The notes under the pieces were generated by a model. That model was given only the letters and a program-made list of their open reading frames with translations. It searched no databases and was not told the origin of the DNA. Below are positions 18,331-27,994 of a stretch of 64,000 nt of DNA, piece after piece. Made by a program: the position numbers and the translations under genes. Positions within the stretch are counted from its first letter, which is position 1. The number at the start of each line of letters is the position of its first letter. This DNA is from a virus: the IMG/VR virus record IMGVR_UViG_3300014720_000016; one strand, given 5' to 3'.

Positions 18331-18573
18331 TCAGCTTGGTGCCGACGTAATCAGGTTGTAGTCTGCATCGAGCAGCACGTCGGTTGTGCGCTCGAAGTCT
18401 ACAGCCTTCTCTGGAGGAACAAGGCCGCGCAGCGAATGTACCTCGGTAAAGATACGAACGGGAGCGCCGCGATAAATCAGGGTTTCCCCGGCGCCCATTT
18501 GTACGTGGTTAGAAGGACGGGCAGTCAGATCGCCACGAGCAAGCATTTCACGAATAATACCATAGAGAGTCAT
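18331..18573 (-). CDS. hypothetical protein, last gene of the AAA/vWA operon
   Basis: Lies between the vWA gene and the terminator. Confidence 0.7.
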   Translation of the reverse strand: MTLYGIIREMLARGDLTARPSNHVQMGAGETLIYRGAPVRIFTEVHSLRGLVPPEKAVDFERTTDVLLDADYNLITSAPS

Positions 18574-18577
18574 CTTA

Positions 18578-19744
18578 TCAGTCCTTCCACTTCACATTGA
18601 CAACATCGCCGAACGGAGCCTTGAAACCATCGTTGTTGACCACGACCCACAGGGTGGTGATCGGACATACGGGTTCGCGGAACAAATAGCCGTCCGTAAA
18701 GCACACAACACCACGATAACCATCGGCAACAGCGAGATCAAAGCCGGGCTGCATGTCAGTGCCGCCACGACCGGGGAAAGCAAGTTGCGCCGAGGGGCGG
18801 AACTTCTTGATCTTGCCATGCACGTCGGCATCGCAAAACACAACGTCAATCTGCATGATGCGAGTCATGAGATTGAGCTGGCCGCCGACATGAGCGAGAT
18901 ACGAATCGCTCATCGAACCCGAGGTGTCAACAATCGCAAGAATCTTATTCTTGACGGTTGTCTTCTCACCCTGGAACGGGAAGCCGAACCGCTTGCTGAA
19001 GCGCTTCCAAGTAAGGCGGCGCTTAGGATCAGCGATGCGAGCCATCCACATGCGGGCCTTGGCGCGCCAGTCGATGTCATGCGATTCCACTGAAAGAATT
19101 TCTTCAATCATGGAATCGGCCATGCTACCGGCCTTGAGCGTGCGGCCACGGTCAGCGTTGCGACCCATCAGGTAGCGGCGAGCCATTTCCTTGACGACTC
19201 GCGTGCCCGTTGTGTCATCTTCTTCGGACCAACCACTGTGGTCGTCCATGCCGTCACCGAACTGATCAGCAACCTCCTGCTCGGAGAACTTTTGCTTCAT
19301 AAGAGCATAGTACTCTTCCGAAGAAAGGCCGGCAGGGAAGTTGAAGCGCGGATCGGTGTGCGAGATACAGCCTTCCGGCAGATCCCAGTTGCCATGCTGT
19401 GGATCGGTGATCAGCTGATTGATCGCCATGTCCTTAGCAATGTTTTCTGTGCGGCGGCGATCTGGCTCCATAGTCAGTCGCGTCGTACAGTGCGAAAGCG
19501 CAACGTGCAGATACTCGTGCACGATAACGCCAATCTTCTCCCGGACAGAGAAGGAGTTCATCATCTTGGGGTTCATAAGCAGCGTGGGCTTGCCATGCTT
19601 TACGAAAACACCCGCTGCGAACTTCATCTCCTCGTCTTCGATAATCGTAGACTGGTGGAAGAAGTAAGCGATGAATGGCTCCTGATCGGTCATCTCCACG
19701 ATTTCGCCCGTGGAGAGGGACTTAAGATTCAAGAGAGAGGTCAT
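18578..19744 (-). CDS. metallopeptidase-like + vWA domain protein (DUF2201-like)
   Basis: HEYLH, NIAKDMAIN, DDH..W, DTSGS MIDAS, GRGGTD, FTDG. Confidence 0.85.
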   Translation of the reverse strand: MTSLLNLKSLSTGEIVEMTDQEPFIAYFFHQSTIIEDEEMKFAAGVFVKHGKPTLLMNPKMMNSFSVREKIGVIVHEYLHVALSHCTTRLTMEPDRRRTENIAKDMAINQLITDPQHGNWDLPEGCISHTDPRFNFPAGLSSEEYYALMKQKFSEQEVADQFGDGMDDHSGWSEEDDTTGTRVVKEMARRYLMGRNADRGRTLKAGSMADSMIEEILSVESHDIDWRAKARMWMARIADPKRRLTWKRFSKRFGFPFQGEKTTVKNKILAIVDTSGSMSDSYLAHVGGQLNLMTRIMQIDVVFCDADVHGKIKKFRPSAQLAFPGRGGTDMQPGFDLAVADGYRGVVCFTDGYLFREPVCPITTLWVVVNNDGFKAPFGDVVNVKWKD

Positions 19745-19824
19745 ACATATCCTTGGGCTTGGGTTTCAAAACGCCTGGTCCAACCAGGAACGGCGCCAAG
19801 AGCTGAGTCTTGGCGCCGATTGTA

Positions 19825-20991
19825 TCAGACACTCTTCTTCTTGCGACCACGCTTTGGCGCATCGTCGCTGTCAGCCGAGTCGGCTGGCGCCTCGGTAGAG
19901 GCAGCGGCGGTGGTACCATCGGCGGCGGGCTTAGCGTAGATCTTAGCCTTCGCATCAAGCAGCGCCCGGACAGCAGCCTTCAGATCAGGGCTCTTGTTGA
20001 TGATGTCACCGTGACGATCATCAAGTGCCTCGAAGAAGGCCGAGAAGGGCTCGTGACCCATGCGGCTGTAGAACAGGGCGGCGTTGATGCGCTGCTCGTC
20101 CTTGATGTCATCGCGGTTCATCACCTCCATGACATCGCGCAGAGCCTGGATAACCTGGGTAAGCTGGAAACCCTTGGGGCTCTTGAGCTTGCCGTTGAAG
20201 ATATCCATGATGTCCAGCGGCTTGAAGTTATCACGAACCCAGCTGGAGAACGTGTTGGCTGCAACCTCGCCAACAAACGGCGCTGAGTAAACCATCAGGC
20301 GGTTGTCGCGGCCAGCAACCTCCGACAGCGAATCACGAGTATCCTCGCGGTTCATCAGGGTACGACCGAGGAAGGTCCAGCTACGGCGGCTGGTGACAGC
20401 CTCGTTCGGAACACCACGCTTACCCTCGGGAATATCCAGAAGGTTCTTGTGCTGCGTGATGAACTGCACAACGGCGGGGTGAACGCCATTGGCAGGGTCG
20501 CTGGCCCAGCTAACCCACTCGGAAGAAGTGGGAGTGAACTCGACAATCGCAAAACGATTGCAGAGAGCCTGGTCGAGCGTAGCAGTCTGGTACTTCAGAC
20601 CGTTACCGGCAGCGAACACAATCGTGCTATCCGGCAGAGTACGACCGCCAGCACGACGGTCAAGGGTCAGCTGCATGGCGAGAGGCTGCATGTCCTCACG
20701 AGCACGGTCAATCTCGTCGAGGAAGAGAACAGCGTTCTCGAGATCGTACCACCAGGTCGGAGCAGCGTAGCGGGTAACGACGGTGCCGTCGGCGAGCTTA
20801 TCGACGAAAGGCATACCGACAAGATCAGCGGGCTCAAGCTCCGACAGGCGGAGGTCAACGACCCGCATGCCGCGCTTCTGAGCAATCATTCGCACCACGC
20901 TGGACTTACCGAGGCCAGCGTCACCAGTGAGCAGGCGAGCCTGCGTGGTGGGGAGGAGCGAATCGAAATCAATGAGCTGCGAGATGTCCAT
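19825..20991 (-). CDS. MoxR-like AAA+ ATPase
   Basis: Walker A GDAGLGKS, DLVGMP, Walker B LFLDEIDRA, AAGN, ALCNRF, SRRSW. Confidence 0.9.
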   Translation of the reverse strand: MDISQLIDFDSLLPTTQARLLTGDAGLGKSSVVRMIAQKRGMRVVDLRLSELEPADLVGMPFVDKLADGTVVTRYAAPTWWYDLENAVLFLDEIDRAREDMQPLAMQLTLDRRAGGRTLPDSTIVFAAGNGLKYQTATLDQALCNRFAIVEFTPTSSEWVSWASDPANGVHPAVVQFITQHKNLLDIPEGKRGVPNEAVTSRRSWTFLGRTLMNREDTRDSLSEVAGRDNRLMVYSAPFVGEVAANTFSSWVRDNFKPLDIMDIFNGKLKSPKGFQLTQVIQALRDVMEVMNRDDIKDEQRINAALFYSRMGHEPFSAFFEALDDRHGDIINKSPDLKAAVRALLDAKAKIYAKPAADGTTAAASTEAPADSADSDDAPKRGRKKKSV

Positions 20992-21175
20992 CTGACTATC
21001 CTTGTTTAGGGGTTAACGTGCGTCCTCTTGGACGGTCGGGTTTGGGAGGACTCTGTGCTACCGACACAACACAGAGCTGTTGAAAAGAACTGGGTACGAC
21101 CCAGACTCCAAGAGCCAGCCACGCTGGTCTTTCCATACTGCCGTTCGAGCGGTCGGCTCGGCGGCTCGACCTTCA

Positions 21176-21198
21176 GGATCGGGCGGGGCCGGCTTTAG
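21176..21198 (-). promoter_or_regulatory. recurrent oriented motif
   Basis: GGATC-GGGCGGGG-CCGGCTTTAG. Confidence 0.7.
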
Positions 21199-21214
21199 GC
21201 CCGACCCGCCCTGC

Positions 21215-21523
21215 CTATTGCCTAGCGAATTTCTTTATGCAAATTCTTTCTGATGGGTTGACGGGGTAAAAGTCGTAATCCGAAAGATCGTACTCACCAT
21301 AGCCACTTAGATCATTCCAGTACCAGCAGCAGGTCCCTATCCACACTTGAATCTCAATCTGAACAAGCGCAACATTGCTTATTATACTGAAAGTAAAAAT
21401 TGGAAACGCTGCAACATTGTGACTGGCAATCTCACCCGTAGAGTTGCGACGTATCAGATCGGCAGCAGCCGCGTAGTTGCTTGCAGCACAGGCCTCGGCT
21501 ATTTCATAGTGTGACAGCTTCAT
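21215..21523 (-). CDS. MKL family A small protein
   Basis: MKLSHYEIAEACAASNYAAA..WYW..GY. Confidence 0.75.
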   Translation of the reverse strand: MKLSHYEIAEACAASNYAAAADLIRRNSTGEIASHNVAAFPIFTFSIISNVALVQIEIQVWIGTCCWYWNDLSGYGEYDLSDYDFYPVNPSERICIKKFARQ

Positions 21524-21541
21524 GTCGCCTGGTCCTCGAGG

Positions 21542-21769
21542 CTAGACCTTTTTGATGTTGCGCTTCTGTAGGAACTCCTCTTCCTTCTTTGTGACATATC
21601 GGTGCTTGTTTCGCATCTCAAGCTCCCATGCTATCTGCATCACTACTTCCTTGAGATCATCAATCTGTTTTTCAAGCTTTCGGATGGTTGCCTGGGTGGC
21701 ATCACTACTATGTGACGTTGTCATATGCTCCTCAATAGACATGGCTTTAGCAAAATGGCTGCATATCAT
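21542..21769 (-). CDS. hypothetical coiled-coil protein
   Basis: ORF in run; start may be the internal ATG after GAGGAG. Confidence 0.55.
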   Translation of the reverse strand: MICSHFAKAMSIEEHMTTSHSSDATQATIRKLEKQIDDLKEVVMQIAWELEMRNKHRYVTKKEEEFLQKRNIKKV

Positions 21770-22059
21770 TTGCCGATGCTATCGCAGTAGATTCTAATAG
21801 CTGGTGGCAGGATAGGCCTTCTAAGTACTACGCATCCCAAGTAACTCTCTGTAGATGACCAGACAGCATACTGCCCATTCCAGCAAATAGAAATAGATTC
21901 TTCTTCGCCGGACACGTCAGATACAGAATAGTCTTTGCCGATTATCAGTTTGTCTGGGTCATCAATGGGCAGACTGTAATGTTGAGCCAGATTAGCTATC
22001 GCAGCAGGCCAGTCTCTGTTGCGAAAAGCTTGCCTCATTAGATAGTCATCCAGCTTCAT
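21766..22059 (-). CDS. MKL family A small protein
   Basis: MKLDDYLMRQAFRNRDWPAA..QHYSL. Confidence 0.8.
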   Translation of the reverse strand: MKLDDYLMRQAFRNRDWPAAIANLAQHYSLPIDDPDKLIIGKDYSVSDVSGEEESISICWNGQYAVWSSTESYLGCVVLRRPILPPAIRIYCDSIGK

Positions 22060-22339
22060 CGAATAGAGCCAGGGCTTCTGCCAGCTGGGCATGGGCCCGC
22101 TGATGTGATCGAGCCAGCAGCCTTAGTCCTGCGTTCGGCCACGGAAATGCAGGGTCATCTAGATAGCTAGGAAGAATGCCCAGGTCATAGAGGGTACTCC
22201 GCGCTGCTTTCAGCAGCGCAGCTACACGCGCGCTCTCTGCCTCCCACGCTCGCCGCGTAACGCAGCCGTGGCACTCGGGAGCAGCCCAATCATAATCGGC
22301 ATCGCATGTTTCGCAGAACTTTGTAGACATGTAAGACAT
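22046..22339 (-). CDS. hypothetical protein with CxxC..CxxC
   Basis: CETC..CHGC; GAGG RBS. Confidence 0.65.
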   Translation of the reverse strand: MSYMSTKFCETCDADYDWAAPECHGCVTRRAWEAESARVAALLKAARSTLYDLGILPSYLDDPAFPWPNAGLRLLARSHQRAHAQLAEALALFDEAG

Positions 22340-22348
22340 ACACTTACC

Positions 22349-22525
22349 TCAGTTGAGGGTGGCCGTCACTGTGCAATCCACAATAGGGGATTGCATGGAT
22401 GTCAGTTCGATCTCGGCCTGCTCGCGGAAAGAATCTACCATGGCATCACGAATAGCCCGGACCTCCTCAGGAGAAAGGCCATCATCAAGGCGGAAGTCAA
22501 GTACGACCGTTACATTCTTGCTCAT
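22349..22525 (-). CDS. 58-aa hypothetical protein
   Basis: Hand translation MSKNVTVVLDFRLDDG..*; ATGA-coupled. Confidence 0.65.
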   Translation of the reverse strand: MSKNVTVVLDFRLDDGLSPEEVRAIRDAMVDSFREQAEIELTSMQSPIVDCTVTATLN

Positions 22526-22818
22526 TTGGAGATCTTCTTTCTTTTGCGGCCATACCGCATAGTTATAGTACCAGGATTACTGATCTTGAAAAAATCACCA
22601 ACGTAGATAAAGCTATAAGCTGGAGACCAGGCAATGCACCCGCCACCTATTAACGCGATCACGATTTCGGGATCATGCTTGTAATCGTGGGTGCCGTCAA
22701 TATAGCGAAACTGACTAAGGTCTAGTTCTGTTCCGGTTTGACGTGCTACTATGGCAGCAGCAGCGAACGGATCGCCACTCCCAATTGCCATTAGGATCTC
22801 GGCCTCATCTAGCTTCAC
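22522..22818 (-). CDS. MKL family A small protein (GTG start)
   Basis: VKLDEAEILMAIGSGDPFAA..IAW. Confidence 0.75.
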   Translation of the reverse strand: MKLDEAEILMAIGSGDPFAAAAIVARQTGTELDLSQFRYIDGTHDYKHDPEIVIALIGGGCIAWSPAYSFIYVGDFFKISNPGTITMRYGRKRKKISK

Positions 22819-23024
22819 TATACCCACCATGCCCAATGGACGACCATGAAATCCTCAAGTGCTTCTTCGTCGCTGCCGTACTGGAAGTTCGGGCGGGCGA
22901 GGAGTGAGGATGCCACAGCGGCACGCTGCCGCGCAATGGCTTCGGCAACGGTCAGAGTAACCGTAACCGGCTCGCCATCTTCGCCCATCTCGTTGTACGT
23001 CAGCATATCGGACAGCGGCCTCAT
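22818..23024 (-). CDS. hypothetical protein
   Basis: TVAEAIA..SDEEALEDFMVVHWA; GAGG RBS. Confidence 0.7.
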   Translation of the reverse strand: MRPLSDMLTYNEMGEDGEPVTVTLTVAEAIARQRAAVASSLLARPNFQYGSDEEALEDFMVVHWAWWV

Positions 23025-23112
23025 TGCTTACCTCTGTTGCTTGTTACCACTATGCGCTATAGCCTTTCTCAGCATGGCGTTTGACCCGTTGCGGCGGGCC
23101 GGTCGCCCCTCG

Positions 23113-23135
23113 GGATCGGGCGGGGCCGGCTTTAG
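23113..23135 (-). promoter_or_regulatory. recurrent oriented motif
   Basis: GGATC-GGGCGGGG-CCGGCTTTAG. Confidence 0.7.
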
Positions 23136-23236
23136 GCCCGCCCCGGCCTGGTAGAAAAACACGGTACTCTGATATTAATCCAGCCGGCATTGAAGAGGTC
23201 AGCGACTGTAAGTAAGCGGGTCAAGAAGGAGATCGA

Positions 23237-24010
23237 ATGAAAATCTCGGTAATCATGCAGTCTTACTTGGGCGAATACCCCGGAGCCCGCAGCAACCCCA
23301 AATATAAATTTGTACGGGCAGTCAACAGTTTCCTGCTCCAAAAGCATCCCGATAAAGAGCTTATCATAGTCTCTGACGGCTGCGAGGACACTAAGGCGCT
23401 GTATGAGAACTGCTTCTCATCTTTTTCTAATATCAAATTCGCTTATGTCGGGCGCGGCGATCTGCCGCGGACTTATGAAGTAAAGGATAACAAGAAGCAC
23501 TTCCGCGGCATACCACGCGAGGTTGGCAGGACGCTCGCAGACGCTGACCTGATAACTTATATGGATGCCGATGACATCATGATGCCATCGCGACTATCGC
23601 ATATAAATGCAGGCTGGCAAAACGCAGATGCGTCCAAGCTGTGGTCATATAGCACGATTGTTCTTGAGCCGAAGAACGAAGCATTCAGTGCCGTCTCAAA
23701 CGATGAGATCGATCTGCGGTTGTTTGGGTTCCCAATCGATACGCCCGTGTCTATACACTCTCTATGTCCTCCCGGACATATGGCATCCGCGCCATGGCTA
23801 ATAGTTCACAGGCCGCAGGTGAAAGCCAAGTGGCAGGATACGTTCGACGAGCTTGACGAGAGCGGAAAGAAGGTTTCTGGTAGTAGCGAAGACGTGCGAT
23901 TCGTAGACGATCTTTACAAAGAATCCAGCGGCCATAAGTACGACTCGCCTACATACGTTCTCTGTCACCGTAAAGCTGCGGCATCGGGCCAAGGTTCTTG
24001 GGATATATAG
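23237..24010 (+). CDS. GT-A (GT2-like) glycosyltransferase
   Basis: MKISVIM..S, ELIIVSDG, R..G, YMDADD, SED; AGGAG RBS. Confidence 0.88.
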   Translation: MKISVIMQSYLGEYPGARSNPKYKFVRAVNSFLLQKHPDKELIIVSDGCEDTKALYENCFSSFSNIKFAYVGRGDLPRTYEVKDNKKHFRGIPREVGRTLADADLITYMDADDIMMPSRLSHINAGWQNADASKLWSYSTIVLEPKNEAFSAVSNDEIDLRLFGFPIDTPVSIHSLCPPGHMASAPWLIVHRPQVKAKWQDTFDELDESGKKVSGSSEDVRFVDDLYKESSGHKYDSPTYVLCHRKAAASGQGSWDI

Positions 24011-24019
24011 AGGAAAGTT

Positions 24020-24793
24020 TTGAGGATCTCAGTAATAATGCAGTCTTATCTAGGCGAGTATCCAGGAGCTAGAAGTAATCCTGGTTATAAGTTCGTGCGG
24101 GCCGTCAACAGCTTCCTACTCCAAAGGCACCCAGATAAAGAGCTTGTCATAGTATCTGACGGCTGCGAAGACACCAAGGCGCTGTACGAAAACTGCTTCT
24201 CGGACTTTGAGAATATAAAGTTTGCCTATGTCGGACGTGGAAATATGCCACGGATGAGACAGGTAAGGGACGGCAAGAGGCACTTCCGCGGCCTGCCGCG
24301 ACAGGTGGGCCGAACCCTGGCATCAGGAGATATAATCACCTACATGGATGCCGACGACCTAATGCTGCCTAATAGATTATCTCAACTCAATAGCGCGTGG
24401 CTACAAGCAGGCCCCGACAAAATATGGGCATACAATACAATGGTTGTCCAACCAAAGACACCTAGCTTTATACTAGCTACAGACTCCCCTATTGATCTGC
24501 GCCTATTTGGTTTTCCTATAAACGAGCCGGTGTACGCCGGCCATATGGCAAAGCCCGGATACATGATTGCATCTCCACCTGCCCTGTCTCATAGGCCAGG
24601 CGTCAAGAGCGAATGGAAAGATACTTACGAAGAGTCTGATGCAAATGGCAGGAAGATCGCTGGAGGCAGCGAAGACGCATCCTTTGTAGATGGACTTCGA
24701 TCAGAAGCTCCCGGCTGCAAGCACGACTCGCCATCGTACGTTGTTTGCCATTACAAAGGCGATCCATCGTGCCCAGGCGGCTGGGACATTTAA
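24020..24793 (+). CDS. GT-A (GT2-like) glycosyltransferase, tandem paralogue
   Basis: Same length and near-identical N-terminal half as 23237-24010; YMDADD. Confidence 0.88.
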   Translation: MRISVIMQSYLGEYPGARSNPGYKFVRAVNSFLLQRHPDKELVIVSDGCEDTKALYENCFSDFENIKFAYVGRGNMPRMRQVRDGKRHFRGLPRQVGRTLASGDIITYMDADDLMLPNRLSQLNSAWLQAGPDKIWAYNTMVVQPKTPSFILATDSPIDLRLFGFPINEPVYAGHMAKPGYMIASPPALSHRPGVKSEWKDTYEESDANGRKIAGGSEDASFVDGLRSEAPGCKHDSPSYVVCHYKGDPSCPGGWDI

Positions 24794-24814
24794 TCAAGGA
24801 TGTAACTGAAAGCT

Positions 24815-25969
24815 ATGACAAAAACAAACTCAAGAAAAGTTCGCATCGCCATAACCATAAACCTTACTGACCCGAACGCCTCCTTCTTTGGGAACGGTCT
24901 GCGCCAGAACGTAGTGACCCTACGCGACCTTTTTGAGAAGTGCGAGAACGTCTCGGACTCCTACATAGTAAACTTCTCTAATACGGTGTTCCCCCCAGAT
25001 TATAATGGTCCATGGAAGCCATACCTCCAGCATCTAATCTCTTTTGAAGATGCGCTAAAGAAATGCGACCTGTTGGTACTGGCTACTGCCAAACCTAACC
25101 CTGCCCAGGATGCCAAGATAAAGGCCGCGGGCATCAAGACGGTCAACCACATCATGGGGCCTGAGTTCGCCATCATGACTGAGCAGATCCTATTTAAGGA
25201 TGAGAAGCGCGGCCTTTATAGCAGGGATCGGGGCAGCGTATCTGCCACATGGATCTCTCCCCATTTCTTTGAGCGAGATCGCTGCCTGTTCGAGACAGTG
25301 AACGACTGCCCTTCTTATGAAGCGCCCTATGTCTGGAGCCCGACATTTATCGAGGCAGACGCACAGCGACTGAAAGACGGCGATCCTGCCAAGTATCCCG
25401 GTAAATACATTCCGGGCCGCAGCGCCAAGCGCATCTCTGTATTCGAGCCAAATATAAACGTCATCAAGACGAGCCTCGTCTCGGTAATGGCTATTGAGCG
25501 TGCCTACCGTCAGTGGCCAGAAGCGATTGAAACATCAAGCATCTTCTGCACATCTGGCATCGCAACCAAGCAGGATACCATAGACTTTGTAGGCGGCCTT
25601 GATGTCTATCGAGCCAAGAAGATGTTTTTCAATAAGCGCTATCCAATTACCTGGGCGCTACAAACCCACACAGACATAGTGCTCAGCCACCAGAACCAGT
25701 GCGAACTTAATTACTTGTGGCTAGATGCCGCTTGGCTAGGCTACCCCGTAATTCACAACAGCCCAATGATGCAAGACCTTGGCTGGTACTACCGGGACAA
25801 TGATATCGCTACCGCAGCCCGGCACATCAAAGACATTGTAGATTCTTTTGATGCTAAGCACGAGGAGTATCTTCATGCTTCTCGCGGATATGCGCGGCGC
25901 TTTATGATCGGCAATCATGCCAACGTACGCGGGTACGAGAAGCTCATCTCTCAGGTCATGGATTCCTGA
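24815..25969 (+). CDS. DUF2827-like putative glycosyltransferase
   Basis: NGLRQN, WSP, FEPNINVIKT, DIVLSHQ..LNY..GYPVIHNS pattern. Confidence 0.75.
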   Translation: MTKTNSRKVRIAITINLTDPNASFFGNGLRQNVVTLRDLFEKCENVSDSYIVNFSNTVFPPDYNGPWKPYLQHLISFEDALKKCDLLVLATAKPNPAQDAKIKAAGIKTVNHIMGPEFAIMTEQILFKDEKRGLYSRDRGSVSATWISPHFFERDRCLFETVNDCPSYEAPYVWSPTFIEADAQRLKDGDPAKYPGKYIPGRSAKRISVFEPNINVIKTSLVSVMAIERAYRQWPEAIETSSIFCTSGIATKQDTIDFVGGLDVYRAKKMFFNKRYPITWALQTHTDIVLSHQNQCELNYLWLDAAWLGYPVIHNSPMMQDLGWYYRDNDIATAARHIKDIVDSFDAKHEEYLHASRGYARRFMIGNHANVRGYEKLISQVMDS

Positions 25970-26011
25970 TCGGGCTGATGTAAAGGGAATGCTCAAGAAA
26001 CGAGGTCAACA

Positions 26012-27283
26012 TTGAAACTGATAGCCGTCTATAATGTGCCAGATCTTCCTAACCTGGAGTTCAACCATCGCAAGTATGCAGACCGCCATGGCTTGCAATT
26101 CGAACGAGTGGTTCTTGGAACTGACAGCCTCGCAGAGAGGTACTCCGCTTATCTAGAGGCACTACAGAAGAATCCGGGCGAAACAATCATGTTCGTTGAC
26201 AATCACACATACTTCGCCAACTTTGACTTCCTGCCACAGCCCGAAGGGGACTGTCTGCTCCAGAAGCATGAAGACACCTACATCACTGGTCTTTTCATAG
26301 TAAAGAGTAATGAGGCCACAGCCCTGTGTTTCGAGCAGGCCCTTATGCTAGTCAACAAGCATGGCTATATGATGGGCGGGTGGCAAGAGATCAAGCGGAG
26401 CAAGATGGTATTCCCGAAAGGCTTCTCTAAAGAATATCCGCATAAACAGGACGGAGTATACCTGTGCGCAACCGTCTATGCTCACAATAACATATTAACA
26501 GTGGCCGATCAAAAGGCGGTGCTCGCGGTCACGTTTGCACACGCAAAGATGAAACCAGACGAGTGCGATTATTACGCAGAGGCTATGTGCAGCAGGCAAG
26601 GCGCATCTCCAGCTATTCCAGCCGAAGGCTTTGAGTGCTTCAACCCAGGCGGCAAGCACGCCTTTGTAACCATGTACACGCCCAATATCGCTGAGATGGG
26701 TATCCTGTCCGAAGAAAATCTAAAACTTTATTGCGCCAAGAACGACATTACCTACTACATCTACCGCGGTGTTCCAGCCGATCTAGCTGCTGCCGGCGTA
26801 GCAGACGCATGGGTCAAGCCCTGGTTAATCCTAAAGCATTTCGATCCGCACGTCACCGTATCATGGATCGATTCAGATATACTTATTGGCCCGGACTGGA
26901 AGTTAGACTTCACCCGCGAAGTAGCCTGTTTCAAAGACCCGCTGTTTACTTTCAATTCAGGCTTTATGATGTTTGCCACTACAGATAAAAATCGTGCGCT
27001 GCTGGATGACGTGATCGCTAGCATCCGCGCAATCAACGGCAAGCTGGAAGGGGTATATAACCATGGCGGCGATCAGCCCCGGTTTATTGATGCCGTGCTC
27101 AAGCACTACCCGGGATATGCTCCGCTAAGCGCGCGCCTCGGCAATACGCATCCGGGCTTTCCAAGCTCGATACCTCCGGCAGCAACAGACAAGATGCTGC
27201 ACTTCATGGGGTATGCAAAGCCGATACGGACAGCGCTTATGGCAGGTTACTCCAGTGTGATGAACCGCAAGTATAAGTGCTAA
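26012..27283 (+). CDS. two-domain GT-A glycosyltransferase (GT34/Mnn10-like)
   Basis: WVKP, WIDSD (DxD), FNSG, GDQ, HFMG; degenerate N-terminal copy. Confidence 0.7.
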   Translation: MKLIAVYNVPDLPNLEFNHRKYADRHGLQFERVVLGTDSLAERYSAYLEALQKNPGETIMFVDNHTYFANFDFLPQPEGDCLLQKHEDTYITGLFIVKSNEATALCFEQALMLVNKHGYMMGGWQEIKRSKMVFPKGFSKEYPHKQDGVYLCATVYAHNNILTVADQKAVLAVTFAHAKMKPDECDYYAEAMCSRQGASPAIPAEGFECFNPGGKHAFVTMYTPNIAEMGILSEENLKLYCAKNDITYYIYRGVPADLAAAGVADAWVKPWLILKHFDPHVTVSWIDSDILIGPDWKLDFTREVACFKDPLFTFNSGFMMFATTDKNRALLDDVIASIRAINGKLEGVYNHGGDQPRFIDAVLKHYPGYAPLSARLGNTHPGFPSSIPPAATDKMLHFMGYAKPIRTALMAGYSSVMNRKYKC

Positions 27284-27314
27284 AAAAGAACCCGCAGCTA
27301 ACGACTGCGGGTTT
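27282..27314. terminator. terminator between convergent genes
   Basis: AACCCGCAG/CTGCGGGTT stem, U6 tract on minus strand. Confidence 0.75.
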
Positions 27315-27720
27315 CTGCTATTTTAGCAGGAGATAGCGCAGGACTACATTCGTCAGCATCTATGCCAATACTGGCAAGTGCCTTGATAAAATCCTGCGTT
27401 TCTGGCAAGTCACCTACGTTGAATACCGGACAGATGCCGGGCATAGTGGCGATAGTATCGCGGTTAGCTCGCCAATGGTAGCCATACCGCTGCCCGTCTA
27501 AGTGACTGGCAGGAATACAAATCGTGTGATGGTAGGCCCAGTTGCCTTCCGCGTCGCCCCACCCGATGAAAATACCAGAGCCATACTTCTTGCTGGAAGT
27601 CCTGGGCACGGATTCTAGTGCAGTCATAAGCTGCTCTAAGTGCGGCCACCTGCTGTCAGGAGGCAGCAACTTGTTTATCTCCAGTATATGAAACTGCATT
27701 GCCCAATCATTTAGCTTCAT
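27298..27720 (-). CDS. MKL family D protein
   Basis: MKLNDWA..ILEINKLLP; paralogue of 32677-33099. Confidence 0.75.
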   Translation of the reverse strand: MKLNDWAMQFHILEINKLLPPDSRWPHLEQLMTALESVPRTSSKKYGSGIFIGWGDAEGNWAYHHTICIPASHLDGQRYGYHWRANRDTIATMPGICPVFNVGDLPETQDFIKALASIGIDADECSPALSPAKIAETRSR

Positions 27721-27994
27721 TTGATCTACTCTTTATAGCGGGCAGCCAGGGCACATCTGCCTCGTTAATTGCGCGATGCAGTTCGTCTATCAGATCAGGC
27801 GGAGTGGGATAATCAACCCAATCTTTTAGTCGGGCAAGTAGATGTATGAGTCGCACATACTCCGCATAGGAAACCGTACAGTTGCATTGGTCCAATGACC
27901 CGCAGGCACTGCATTGCAAATCCATATCAGACCTCGCCTTCTGCGGTTCCGTGTTGCTCAAGTATCCAGGCCACTGCTTCTTCCTCTGAGTCAA
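27707..27994 (-). CDS. hypothetical Cys-rich protein
   Basis: CSACG..CNC; real start probably the internal MDLQC. Confidence 0.5.
   Translation of the reverse strand: MTQRKKQWPGYLSNTEPQKARSDMDLQCSACGSLDQCNCTVSYAEYVRLIHLLARLKDWVDYPTPPDLIDELHRAINEADVPWLPAIKSRSNEAK

Noticed and set aside
19238-21009. Long plus-strand ORFs (e.g. 19238-19939, 20449-21009; also 43482-44303, 59660-60448, 60787-61593)
   Set aside because: They are antisense shadows of well-supported minus-strand genes, with no RBS or recognisable motifs.
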